Source: Azolla caroliniana (taxonomy: Eukaryota > Plantae > Polypodiophyta). From it: 64,000 nucleotides of DNA. Every line of letters starts with the position of its first letter. Position 1 is the stretch's first letter. Shown here piece by piece: positions 21,837 through 34,224 of the stretch. The stretch lies in assembly GCA_043228905.1 (NCBI GenBank), contig JBHGNT010000008.1, positions 12,958,001 through 13,022,000 on the forward strand. The letters are read 5' to 3'. The translations under genes and the position numbers were made by a program. Below the pieces are notes generated by a model. That model was not told the DNA's origin. It did not search any database and was given only the letters and a program-made list of their open reading frames with translations.

Positions 21837-24726
21837 TTATTCATCCATTCATTCCCCATAAAGGGGTTAAATAATACAAGAGGGGGTAGATACAAAGGGA
21901 TGTAAGCCCCCTAGAGCATTCATACTGGACACTCACTCACACCTCCTCGTATCCATCCACATGCACACACGTGTGCATGTGTTCACATACGTATCGACTC
22001 ACAATTACATTTATGCCCTCTACACACACACAACATCATGATAACATTCGACCCTCGCTCATCACACTTGACTCTCCGTACATCTCGTACGGGGTAACAC
22101 AATATGGCACGCCCGTGGGAAAGTGCCTTGCACGCCGATCCCACATGCCTTGATGATGATATTTCTTCGACCGGAACTTCCATCGGTCTTCTCAACGATC
22201 GACTCCCTCGATCAGAGCGCTTGACTCGAATATCTCCTTCGGTCAGCGACTTCATCGACACGAACATTCTCGTACTGTCGGTTCACGAACATTGATATCA
22301 TGGGTCCAAAAACGTTGTGTGTATGTGTATCTTCCTTTTGTTGATTTTGTGAGTTGTGTGTCGATCACATCCATTTCTTTTAGGTTGATGAGTTTTCGAA
22401 ATTTCGTAGGTGCCCTTTGATTTTTAAAATTTTAATTATGTACGCTCTAGTTTTTGAAATTTTACTCGATACCCTCAGGGTTTCAAAATTTGTCTCATAC
22501 CCCTATTTTATCTTTTTCCCTCTCTTTTGCTTTTAGGTCATTTTTACCTTCCCTTCTGTATTTGTCTTCTTCTCTCTTCTCTTCCTCCTGTCTGTCTGTG
22601 TCTCCTTCTGCTTCTTCTCTCCCTCTGATTCTCCCGCTTGATTCTCTCTCTGTCCATGCCTCTATCTCTAGTGCCCGAATCTTGCTTTGCTCCTCCTCTC
22701 TGTTTCCTTCTTTCGTGTTGCTTTGGTCTGCGTTTTTCTTCTTCTTGTTCATTTCTGTTCTTCTTCTTTCGGATTTGTCTTCTTCTTCCTTTCTCGTTTC
22801 TCTCCATCCTCTGTTATGTGCCTTCTCTTCTTCCATGACTTCTTCCTCTTACTTCTCTGTTCATCAACGACTACATCTCCTTCTTCTCATTCTTCTTCTT
22901 CTTCTTCTTCTATGTTCTCTTCCTACTTCATTCTCTTCTTCTTTTCTCTGTTTTCTTTCCTCGTTTCTCTCCATCCTCTGTTATGTGCCTTCTCTTCTTC
23001 CATGACTTCTTCCTCTTACTTCTCTGTTCATCAACGACTACATCTCCTTCTTCTCATTCTTCTTCTTCTTCTTCTTCTATGTTCTCTTCCTACTTCATTC
23101 TCTTCTTCTTTTCTCTGTTTTCTTTCCTGCCGTTGTCGTCATTCGTTGTCTGCATCTTCTTTGTCTTCTTCTTTCTTCCTTGTTTTCCTATGTCGCTAGT
23201 TGTGCAATAGTTGTAATGGCTTCCTCTGCACCGTCGCCATACGATTTGTGCATCTGCCCTTGCCTCCATGTCCGACCGTTTTTCTCTGTTTTCCGGTTCC
23301 ATCGTTGTCGATCGTCCATCTCTGTTCGTTGTTGCCGGTGTCGTTTGTCTCTATCCGGCCTTGTCTGCCATCTCTGTCCGGCTGTCTTTATTCTTTACGA
23401 CCGGATGACGTTCGACTGCTGATGTGGCCGTTGGTGTCCGGCCATTCCGGCTCTCTGGCTCCTGTCCGGCCGCTCCAACTACTATCCGGCCACTTCGGAC
23501 TCGTATTGTCTTTCTGGCCCTCCAGCCACTGTTCGGCTGTCCGGCCCGTCGTTTCAACGTCATCACCGTTCAGGCCGTCGGCTCTCCGGCCATTCCCGTC
23601 GCTTTTCGGCGTGGTGTCACCGTTCCGATCGTTGTCCAGCCGCTTCTCGGGCCGCTCCGACTGTCTATCCGGTTGTTGTTTTTTTTTTTGTCGCCGCCGC
23701 TTGATCGTCATCTTGGCTCTGTCACCGTTCTGACTGTTCGGCCCGTCTGGCCGGCTGTATGGCGGACTCCATCTCTGGTCGTCTCCGGTTGTTTCCTCTG
23801 TCGATGTCGCTTTTCTAGCCATCGAACCGTCTTATCCTGGCTCGTTCTGGTAGTCGGTTCTGATGTGTCTTTTCATTTGCCTCTGCAACCTTTTGAACAC
23901 CGTTGCTATTCTGGTCGTCATCCGTCGCCTTGTCCGGCATGTCCGTCCATTCTGGTTATTCTGATTGCCTGTCCGGCAGCATCTTTCCGGCATCTCCATC
24001 CTGTTGTCGGTTGTCTTGGCCATCATGGTTGTCTCTTGCATCACGCATTCTTGCACACACACGTCATTGCTAACCGCACATTTGCACATTGTCATTTCTA
24101 TTCTCGCACACTCACAAAACGCTATCATTTCGCAACTTCCTCTCATGCATTGTCATCGTTTTTGTATATCTTTGGCAACATGTCTCGAACATTTAGGACA
24201 AAAATAGACCAAACAAAACATACACATATAGAGATTAATTTGTTGTAGAATTGTGCATTAGTCAATCTTCCATTTCGGATTTCTTCTGCACATCATTGCC
24301 CCTAACAAGGAATGGTAGAGGAGTTAGCGTTAGGAAAATAGGAATTGAAAATGGGGTTAGGGTTACAGGAGTAGTGATTACCCAAAGACCAAAAATGATG
24401 ATAATGCTCAGAGACATCATCAATCTACCATTTTCATCATTTCTCGCACATTTCTTGTACATTGTCGGTTTGTATTGCCGTGTATCATTCTTCGACTCCG
24501 TTTCCAAAGGGGGGTTGCCTTAGTGGTCGCCAAAAGGTGTTGTATGTTTTAGGGTTAGGGTTAATGATGATGATAATCATGATAAAGATAGACATGGTGA
24601 TGGAGAGTATGATGGTGAGAGAGATCATATAGAGAAGCATTGTGGGGTGGGGGGTGGTGCCTAGAATGGCTCCACCCCCCTCCCAAGGGGGTTCAACGTT
24701 AAGGGGAGAGAGAGGAAGAGAGATGA

Positions 24727-24766
<40 letters not shown>

Positions 24767-25029
24767 TTATTCATCCATTCATTCCCCATAAAGGGGTTAA
24801 ATAATACAAGAGGGGGTAGATACAAAGGGATGTAAGCCCCCTAGAGCATTCATACTGGACACTCACTCACACCTCCTCGTATCCATCCACATGCACACAC
24901 ATGTGCATGTGTTCACATACGTATCGACTCACAATTACATTTATGCCCTCTACACACACACAACATCATGATAACATTCGACCCTCGCTCATCACACTTG
25001 ACTCTCCGTACATCTCGTATGGGGTAACA
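21594..25029 (-). mobile_element. Non-autonomous LTR element D (LARD/TRIM-like) inserted in the RT of C
   Basis: LTRs 21594-22099 and 24538-25029; perfect TSD CACGC; PBS TGGCGACCAC at 24523-24532; 2.4-kb interior with no recognisable gag/pol. Confidence 0.92.
22794..23127. repeat. 167-bp tandem duplication in a pyrimidine-rich tract of element D
   Basis: TCGTTTCTCTCCATCCTCTGTTATGTGCC... at 22794 and 22961. Confidence 0.9.
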
Positions 25030-25034
25030 CACGC

Positions 25035-25213
25035 CAAATACACACTTTGCCGGATTCAAGCTTAGCCAGTACGCTCTACACTTTTCTAGACAAAGACGGA
25101 GGTGCTGAAAATGGTCCTCCTCTCGGCTATAGATGGCGAAATCGTCAAGGAAAACCTGCATAAAAGCCGGAATATATTCACCAAAGATTTCCATGATGAT
25201 TCGTTGAAATGTT
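25035..25213 (-). pseudogene. Element C RT catalytic fragment between two insertions
   Basis: TFQRIIMEIFGEYIPAFMQVFLDDF...PAKCVFG joins FGLKTAP at 30988 and SSGTLLGH at 21590. Confidence 0.92.
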
Positions 25214-25663
25214 GCCGGTGTCAGGAACTCTATTAAGGCAGAGAAGGAATTAGTACTAAAAGAAGGATTAGTACTATTGTTGGGGAATAGTACTAAGACA
25301 GAGAAGGATTAGTACTATGAGAGGTGTCGAACTTTGAGAGAAGGAATGAGTGAGTGAGAGAGAGAGAGAGAGAGAGAATGATGATGCGAAAGATATATGT
25401 ATTATATGAAGGAAGGTATACAACAGTAGTTAGAAGGCTTAAGACTGGCGTTGAACCGATTTGGTTCGAACTAATGCCTTGCGCCTCCTTTTATAGTGTC
25501 TTCAGGAATACTCCTGAAGTTTCTAGAATGTTCCAGAGAAATCTGGAATATACATCAATTTCCCAATAAAACCTAAATGAAAATAATATCCTTCAAATTA
25601 CAATTCATAACCTAATGGTAAAGTCTCGACCCGTGTAACAAAAGGTTATGGGTTCGAGTCTAG

Positions 25664-28600
25664 TTATGACACTATCCCCCCTTTAAAACGACGAGTTCCA
25701 CGAGTCGTTTTGGATTGAGGACCCGGTTTCTCGGGGTATCGTCGATGGAAGTCTTCTAGAAGAGCACGAGCATTGGTCACATTCTCGATCGGTTCCCAAG
25801 TACGCTCGCTGGGACTATATCCTAGCCAATCGACTAGATAGTAGAGCTTGTTGCGAACAATCTTGGAATCGAGGATGGCAGCGACCTCATACTCAGGTCC
25901 ATCTTCGAGCTCGATAGGAGGTGGTGGTTGTATAGTACGTCCTGGGATAGTGCTCTCGTGATAGGGTTCGAGGAGAGAACTATGAAACACCGGATGTATC
26001 CGAAGTTGCGGAGGTAGCTCGAGACGAAAAGCGACATCATTAATCTTCCCGATAATACGGAAAGGACCTAATCGCCGATAATCCAACTTCTCACATGGGC
26101 GAGTAGTCTTGATGTGTCGTCGTAGCAGCCACACCCGATCTCCAATGTTAAAACTGGATGGAAGTCGATGACGATCTGCGTAGTCCTTGTGTGATTGTTG
26201 AGCTTGCTGGAGTTGAGTAGATAAATCCGCTTGTATCTTGCGTAACCGCTCCAAACGATCCTCCGCGCAAGGATTTGTGGACATTTCTGGGGTTTCAAGG
26301 ACACACCACCGGGGATGATATCCCGTATAAGCGTAGAATGGCGTGACTTTAGTCGATGCGTGGATAGCGTTATTATAGGCAAATTCGGCGAACTGAAGAA
26401 TATCTGCCCAGTCATTCTGATGATAGTTGAGAAAGCACCGCAGATACTGCTCCAGTGTTTGATTTGTTCGTTCGGCTTGACCGTCGGTTTGTGGGTGGTA
26501 GCCGGAGGAGAGGTTACAAGTGACCTTCAGCATTTTAAAAAGGTGCTTCCAGAATTTTGACACAAACTGGGGTCCACGATCGCTGATGATATTATCAGGG
26601 AGTCCATGATGCCGACATACTTCCCGCATGACAATTTCGGCGGTGTCTTCACTAGATATTTCTTTAGTACATGGTAAGAAATGAGCCATCTTCGTATATC
26701 GATCCACCACTGTGAGAATCGCACTGAATCCCTTAGAGACTGGAAGATCTGTAATGAAGTCAAGAGCAATGGATTGCCATGGCTTGCTTGGAATTGGTAA
26801 TGGTTCTAATAAACCATATGGATGATGTCTTGGCATTTTCGCTCTGCAGCATGTATCGCAAGTCCGAACAAAATCTTCGACAAATTGTCGCATACGGGGC
26901 CACCAAAATGATCGTTGTACTAAATCTAATGTTTTAGTACTACCAAAATGTCCTGCTGTATATGTGTCATGGCAGTTTTGTACTACTCGAAGGCGGCAAG
27001 AACCATTAGGAACATACAAAAGTTCTTTAAAGAAGAGTAATCCATCACAGTATTTGAATTGCCGATAATCCGTACCTGGTGATTGTGATTGTGAACATGA
27101 CGCTCGAGAGGGGTCAATTTGTGCTAGTATAGCTTGGGCGAAAGCGTCAGTCTTCAAGTCCTCACGTATAGTATTGGTAATGTCGGAATCCACGGGCATG
27201 TCAAAGACCTGTGCTGCTTGCAGTCGTGCTGGACCCAAGATTACTTGCTTCTGGTTATCGAAGGCTGGCTCACCGGGACGTGGTGTTAGATACGAACGCC
27301 GTGATAATGCATCTGCCTTCCCTTGGTGCTTCCCCGGACGATATGTAATTTTGAAGTCGAAGCGTGTGAGGAAGTGGGCCCACCGAGCTTGACGTCGATT
27401 CAGTACACGAGCATCTTGAAAGTAGGCAAGGTTCTTGTGGTCACTGAATACAGTGACCTGATGAGGAGATCCCTCCAGGAAATGCCTCCATTGCATAAAA
27501 GAATCAACTATTGCTAATAGCTCTTTATCATGAATTTCGTAGTTGATTTCGGCGGCGTCAAACTTACGGGAGTGGAAAGCCACAGGATGTAGCTTCTCGT
27601 CGTTACCCTGTTGTGACAGAATGCTCCCCAATGCGAAATCCGATGCGTCAGCTTCGATAATGAATGGTTTTTCCGGATCCACATGACCTAAAATTGGAGC
27701 TGATGTAAACGCCTTCTTAAGACTCTCGAAAGCCATGTCCGTCTCTTTAGACCAAATGAATGATTGTCCCTTCCTGGTGAGCTGTGTGAGAGGCAGCACA
27801 ATTTTTGAGTAATTTTGTATGAACTTCCGGTAAAAATTTGCAAAGCCTAGGAAGCATTGCACATCCCGCACCGAACGCGGAGTGTGCCATTCTATCACCG
27901 TTTTGACCTTGGCTGGGTCCATGGATATGCCTTCTGAGGAGATGACATAGCCGAGAAATTCCACTTGGTTGCACCCGAAACTACATTTCTCTAACTTTGC
28001 ATACAGACCATGTTCTCGAAGTCGTTTTAGTACTAATAGTACATGAGAATCATGTTCTTCTTGGGTCTTTGAATAAACCAGTAGATCATCCAAATAGATG
28101 ATCAAAAAATCATCCAAGAGATCTCGAAATATATCATCGCCATGTGCTGGAAGACTGCCGGCGCATTAGTGAGTCCGAACGGCATGACCGTATACTCGAA
28201 GTGCCCATATCTGGTGCGAAACGCGGTCTTCCATTCATCTCCTGGTCGGATCCGTACGAGGTTATAGGCTCCTCGTAAGTCGATCTTCGTGAAGAACCTG
28301 GCACCGTTGATCCGTTCTAAAAGACTTGAGATAAGGGGAAGAGCATACCTATTTCTTACTGTGACCTTATTCAAGCCACGGTAATCTACAACGAGTCGAA
28401 GCGAGCCATCTTTTTTCTTGACGAAGAAAATGGGTGCGCCGGCTGGAGATTTCGAATGCCGAATGAAACCGTTCTCCAAATTCTCCTCTATATAGGCTCG
28501 AAGGACTTCTAGCTCGGTTGGTGACAAATTGTAGATCGGCCCCCATGGCGGCTCTTTTCCCGGTTGTAAGTCGATGGCGCAATCGTACGGCCGATGATGA

Positions 28601-29259
28601 GGAAGTGTGTTGGCTTGTACTTTATCGAACACATCAGCATACTGACGATACTTCTCGGGAAGTTGAACGGTGGACTCCTCTTTGGTGGTGCTGGAGGGTT
28701 GTACTGATATTGCGAAGAGAAACATTTCCTCCTTGCGCCCTTCCTCACGCAACTGACGTAGCGAAATGGTTGCGACCTTCTGGGTAGATCCTTGGGTTTG
28801 TTGCAACCGGATTTCCCTTGTCCTCCAATCTATGTCTGGGTTATGTAACTCGAACCATGGTAATCCTAAAACTATGGGATGTTCTGGAATACTAATAATA
28901 TTAAATGATACTACACATGTTAAGTTATCTAGGACAATATTAACGGGTTCCGACTCTTCTATGATATTACCAGAAGCAATGGGACGACCATCAATGACTA
29001 TTACTGAGGCTGGACATGGAAGCTTTCTGAGAGATATCTGATGAGCTCGGGCAAAATTCCTATCCATGAAGCAAGAATTAGCTCCGGAATCTAGAAGGGC
29101 TAAGGTATGTACTGGAGGGGTACTTTTAGTACTAACTGCTACTTGGGCTACGAACACATCACTAACTTGCTTAGAGGGAATGGAACCACTAATGGGCTGC
29201 ACAGATCTAGGGCTGTCCAACCAAACGGCTCCTATTTTGGCTGGACTTAGTCGTTTAAC
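25664..29259 (-). CDS. pol: Chromovirus Pol (PR-RT-RH-INT-chromodomain) with one 1-nt frameshift near 28135
   Basis: [35 protein letters not shown], chromodomain; ORFs 29220-28102 and 28117-25664. Confidence 0.92.
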
Positions 29260-30410
29260 TCTTCTTCTAATTGGCTAAGGACATCAAATTTGTTTGCGAG
29301 ATTCGGACTACTATTAGGACTATTATGACTATGAGGACTATCAGAGATTCCTACTGAAATAGACTCGGGTTTAGTATAGTCAGAACTAACAACGACTTGG
29401 TTTACCTGCCTTCTTGGTCTATGGGGACAGTTTATCGCGATATGCCCTGGTCCACCGCAATAAAGGCATAATCGGTTTGTTCGGCGTCGTTGCTTTTCCT
29501 CCTCCGATAGCGGCCCACGACGACGTGTAGTGTCAATTTCCATTGGAGTTGGAGTACTTACTGGAGGCGCATTATGTGACTCCCTTTGAAAAGGTTTCGA
29601 TACCACTGAGGCATAGGTAGGCTCGGATCTTGCCCTCGGCATCTGAAATTGTCGTTCCGAACGTCGCTCGAAGAGGCGGTTGTCGCATCTGACCGCTCGA
29701 CTGATTGCTTCTGTTAATGATTTTGGCTCTTCAGGGAAAGTCAAGAGTAAATCCTTGACATCGTTGCGTAGACCATAGCGGAACTGCTCCATCAATGCTT
29801 GATCATCCCAGGGGATATCGGCGGCGAGTAGACGGAAATCTGCAGCATATGCGGAGGCTGGACGGTCACCTTGGCGTAATCGCCGGATTTTGTTGATTGC
29901 AGTCCTTATGCTGTCAGTATCTCCAAAACATGCTTTAAACTCACTTATGAATTCTTCAAAATTATTTAGTACTGGAGATTCCTTTTCTAGTAGCGGAGCG
30001 AACCATGCTAATGCTGAGCCATTTAACAACGTGCCTACTAAACCCACTCGTGATGCATCGGTGGGATATCGGGACGGATGCATTTGAATAACTAACCGTA
30101 CCTGGTTAAGAAACCCTCTAAACTGCGATCGCGTTCCATCGAACTTCGTGGGAAGGCCAATCTTGGGTTCTTTATGAATCCCTTGTGCTCCGTGCCCTTG
30201 TTGTTGCATTGCTATGATGGTTGCTTCGAGTTGTTGCACGCGTAACGCAAGTTCCCCATGCTGTTGTTGCGTTTGCTGCTTTTCTAAGGAAATTTGCTGA
30301 AGATCCCCCAACAAGCGTTGATTTTCTTGTTCCAAAGCATGAAACTTCTCTTTCAAGCATTGAAATTCCGAGAAAACGGATTGATACTCTTCAGCGCTAA
30401 CGGTGGCCAT
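29247..30410 (-). CDS. gag: Chromovirus Gag (387 aa)
   Basis: N-terminal coiled coil, [27 protein letters not shown] zinc knuckle. Confidence 0.95.
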   Translation of the reverse strand: MATVSAEEYQSVFSEFQCLKEKFHALEQENQRLLGDLQQISLEKQQTQQQHGELALRVQQLEATIIAMQQQGHGAQGIHKEPKIGLPTKFDGTRSQFRGFLNQVRLVIQMHPSRYPTDASRVGLVGTLLNGSALAWFAPLLEKESPVLNNFEEFISEFKACFGDTDSIRTAINKIRRLRQGDRPASAYAADFRLLAADIPWDDQALMEQFRYGLRNDVKDLLLTFPEEPKSLTEAISRAVRCDNRLFERRSERQFQMPRARSEPTYASVVSKPFQRESHNAPPVSTPTPMEIDTTRRRGPLSEEEKQRRRTNRLCLYCGGPGHIAINCPHRPRRQVNQVVVSSDYTKPESISVGISDSPHSHNSPNSSPNLANKFDVLSQLEEELND

Positions 30411-30648
30411 GGGATGAAGGAAAAGGGAAATAAGAGACTAGTAGGAAAGGAGGGAGACAGAAGGAAGAGGGAGAGAAAAGACCAGACAGGCACCCAGAAA
30501 TCGGTTCAAACTGTCAGGAACTCTATTAAGGCAGAGAAGGAATTAGTACTAAAAGAAGGATTAGTACTATTGTTGGGGAATAGTACTAAGACAGAGAAGG
30601 ATTAGTACTATGAGAGGTGTCGAACTTTGAGAGAAGGAATGAGTGAGT

Positions 30649-30692
<44 letters not shown>

Positions 30693-30987
30693 TGATGCGA
30701 AAGATATATGTATTATATGAAGGAAGGTATACAACAGTAGTTAGAAGGCTTAAGACTGGCGTTGAACCGATTTGGTTCGAACTAATGCCTTGCGCCTCCT
30801 TTTATAGTGTCTTCAGGAATACTCCTGAAGTTTCTAGAATGTTCCAGAGAAATCTGGAATATACATCAATTTCCCAATAAAACCTAAATGAAAATAATAT
30901 CCTTCAAATTACAATTCATAACCTAATGGTAAAGTCTCGACCCGTGTAACAAAAGGTTATGGGTTCGAGTCTAGTTATGACAGCCGG

Positions 30988-33900
30988 TGCCGTTTTGAGT
31001 CCGAACATCATCACCACGGCCACAAACACCCCCCATTCGGTGACGAATGTCGTTTTCTCTTGGTCGTCGGGGTGCATCCGGATCTGATTATACCCGCTGA
31101 ATCCGTCTAGGAAGCTATAGACCTCGTGGCCGGCGACGGCATCCAACACTCCATCTGTGAACGGAAGTGGAAACCCATCCGCTACCGTAGCCGCATTGAG
31201 TTTCCGGTAGTCCACGCAAACTCGAATTTTTCCGTTCTTCTTCGGTACGACTACGATCGGGCTCAGCCATTTCGCTTTCTTTACCGGACAGATAAAGCCA
31301 ACTCTTAGCAGTTTGTCGATTTCTTCTTTGACCTTGGCGGCGTAATTGGGATTCATCCGGTACCGTCTTTGTGCCACTGGTTTTGCGTCCTTGCTCAAGT
31401 GCACTTGATGCTGGTATAACTGAGGGTCGAGTCCTCGCATGTCTTCGTATGACCAAGCGAATACGTCACGAAATTCCGTGAGAAGTGTTATCATCGCCGT
31501 TTTGTCTCCGGACTTCATCACCTTGGCGATGTGCACCGGTTTTGCTTCGTCCGTGGTGCCTAAATTCACCTCTTCCAATTGCAATGCTTTTACGCGCTGT
31601 GAAACGGCCATTTCCCGTTCCAACGCTTCTTGCGCTTGTCGTAACTCCCGAATTGCGTCTTTATTCGGTTCTGCTTCCGCCTCTTCCAGTTGCGGTAAGT
31701 ATGGTGCTACGGCTTCGGCAATGTCAATTTCGAAGAGGGGTATGATCTTCGGGTTTTCCTGCAGGTATTGAGCTTCTTCTTCGTCCGCTAACCCTTCTAG
31801 CATGTTGACGCATTCCGCATACAACGGTGTACATTCCTTGCCAGTGCTCGTCCTTGGCTGTGTTGGTACCCGTACCTTGGCTTTTCCTCATCGGAAGGTA
31901 ATTATATTTTTTCGCCAATTCTGTTTGATATGTGTCGTTTTCAACCATGGCCGCCCCAGCAATAGCGGGTATGCGCCTTGTGCCTGTAATTGTAGCACTA
32001 CGGCCGAGATGTGAAATGTATGACCGCCGACGGTGACTTCTAATTTCCGTATTAATCCTGTCGGCTGCACTGAGCTTGTATCAGCCATCCGCAACCAGAA
32101 CGGACACGGCTCCCACTCGTGGATTCCTAGGTCCTCACACGTCCGGAGGCTTATTACATTTACCCCAGAGCCTCCGTCTATAACTGTGCCGGGGAGTTCT
32201 TTCCCTTTTACAATGGCAGTGATTACCAGACTGCTGGTGTCTACCACTGTTGGTCCCTCCTCCGAATTCGAGAAGAGTACCGGTGCCGGTGATGGTTCTC
32301 CTACCGTCATGGCCGTCTTCAGTCCTTCCGTGAATCTTGGCACGAGTTGTAGGAGTCTTCCTAGTGGTAACGTAATCTGGCATTCTTGCAACACCTGCCA
32401 TGTCTCGTTCTCGGAGTGACTGCCGCCGGCAAGCCCTGCGGTGTTCTCCTTTTGCTGCTGTAAGTATGTGACATTCTGCTCGTTTGCTTTCTTTACCCAT
32501 TCCGTTGCTTGTTTCCGGATGGTCTTCTGTGTCTCCCATTCCTTGGCCATGCCCTTCGACCTTGTGGTCACCTGCTGCAGGTCTGCCACCTCAGGGACTA
32601 CCATATTTACCGCTGGTCGTTTTTCATAGCTCTTCACCGGGCATTGGTTACTATAATGGCCTTCATGTCGGCAGTAGTAGCAGTAGGCCTTCCGGGTATT
32701 GCTAGATTCGGCATTGTCTGTTGTACCTGGGGCAGGTCCTACAGTACGCGCGGGGTTTTGTACCGATTGGCTATTTGGAGCTCCTTGTTCCGGATCCCGG
32801 GGGTAGCCGCCTTTTTTAAAATGCCGTTTTTTGTTATAGCTCTTCTTATTACGGTACTCTTGACGGGGTTGCCCATTATATCTGCCGTATTCCTCCCGTT
32901 GTTGACGATACCCGGGGGAGTGCTCCCGGTCGTACTGTTCGTATTGTCTATTGTAATCCTGGTACCGATCATGCCGGTCATAGTTATCTCGCCGATCACC
33001 GTACCGGACATCATTTTCCCGTCGATCGCCATACCGGACATCATTTTCCCGTCGCTCACCATACCGGACATCCTGTGCCGGTCGGTCACGGTCCATTCGT
33101 CGCCAGCGTTCGTCTTCTTCATCCCGGCTGCTACGTGGCTCAATTTGTCGGACGGGTGGTGCTTGCCGATTCAACAGATTATACTCGCACCTATCCGTCG
33201 TATGGTTCTTGGATTGACAGATTACACATTGCGTCCTCATAGTGCATTCTAGAGCCGAGTGTCTGGAATTCAAGCAGGTTGTGCACTGTATTGCTTGCCG
33301 AAACCGGAGGTCTTCATCGGACGGTAACGCCCGTTGAAGTGCTCCCAGTGTGAGCCAGGAGCTTGTCTTTTCCATCTCTTTCACCCGGTCAATGACCTGG
33401 TCGATGGTACTTGTGCGGAAATCGATTACCGTGCAAACCGTGCGTAGGGGTTCCCGGAGCGCGTTTAGGAATATCTTCCGTAATTCCTCCTCCGGGGGTG
33501 CACGGGCAAGTTGACTATGCATCCGTTGAAACCGGATGACAAATTGGGGAATGCTCTCCCCTGCCTCTTGCCCGATGGTATAAAATAAGCCTACCATTAC
33601 GGTTTGGTCCACCTCCTTTTGAAAAAAATGCATGAATTTAGCTTTTAAATCTGCAAAGGTGTTGATGGTAGACGGGTCCTGCATCCGGCGCCATCTTGCT
33701 GCTGGTCCCTCCAATGTGACGCCAAATTCCACTATCTTAGAGCATTCTTCTTCTTCTGGGGTCAATCGCTGGGACACATGGTTGGCTTCCCATGTCTGTT
33801 CAAAGGCGTGCACATGAGCTTCCGCGTTCGGATCATCTCTATACTTGGAGTACTGGAACGGCATGTCGTCGTCCGGTATCGGTGCGCGGGCTGGTAGTGT

Positions 33901-34224
33901 TGGTGCTCATTCCGGAATTTTCTCCGGTGTCGGTGGTCTTTCCCGATTTGATTCCGGTGTCGGTTGTTTCTCTTCCTTTGGTGATGGAGGCCTCTCCTCT
34001 TCGACTTCTGGTGTCGGAGGTCGTTCTTCTTCTACTGGTTCCGGGGGTTCTAGCGTTAGCACTTCCAGTTCCGGTTCCGGTGTCGGTAAGGTATCCGATC
34101 CTTCGTCCTCCGGTCCGCCCGGGGTTTCGTTGCTGCTACGGTAGTTCGTGTGCACGTTGTATTCCCCTTCGGAGTCTGATTCATATGCTGAAAAGGCTTC
34201 TGCTTCGCCGTCTCCGTTTGCCAA
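30988..34224 (-). pseudogene. Element C gag-protease-RT N-terminus
   Basis: Three CCHC knuckles, 30-nt RYGDRRENDV repeats, VIDGGSGVN protease, RT PIVVVPKKNG..CVDYRKLN..FLDGFSGYNQI; stops at 33907 and 31888. Confidence 0.93.

Larger units (their letters stand above)
25219..30982 (-). mobile_element. Young, near-intact chromovirus (Tcn1/Tf1-like)
   Basis: LTRs 25219-25671 and 30512-30982, identical by eye except 18 bp of (GA)n/(GAGT)n; perfect TSD GCCGG; PPT next to 25672. Confidence 0.97.

Noticed and set aside
22454-24248. Long L/S/F-rich or R/E/K-rich ORFs in element D as real proteins
   Set aside because: Explained by CT-rich low complexity lacking stop codons; no recognisable domain.
24506-24514. 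AAAGGGGGG as the PPT of element D in plus orientation
   Set aside because: About 24 nt from the LTR, separated from it by the PBS complement, and with no counterpart in element C; not fully excluded.
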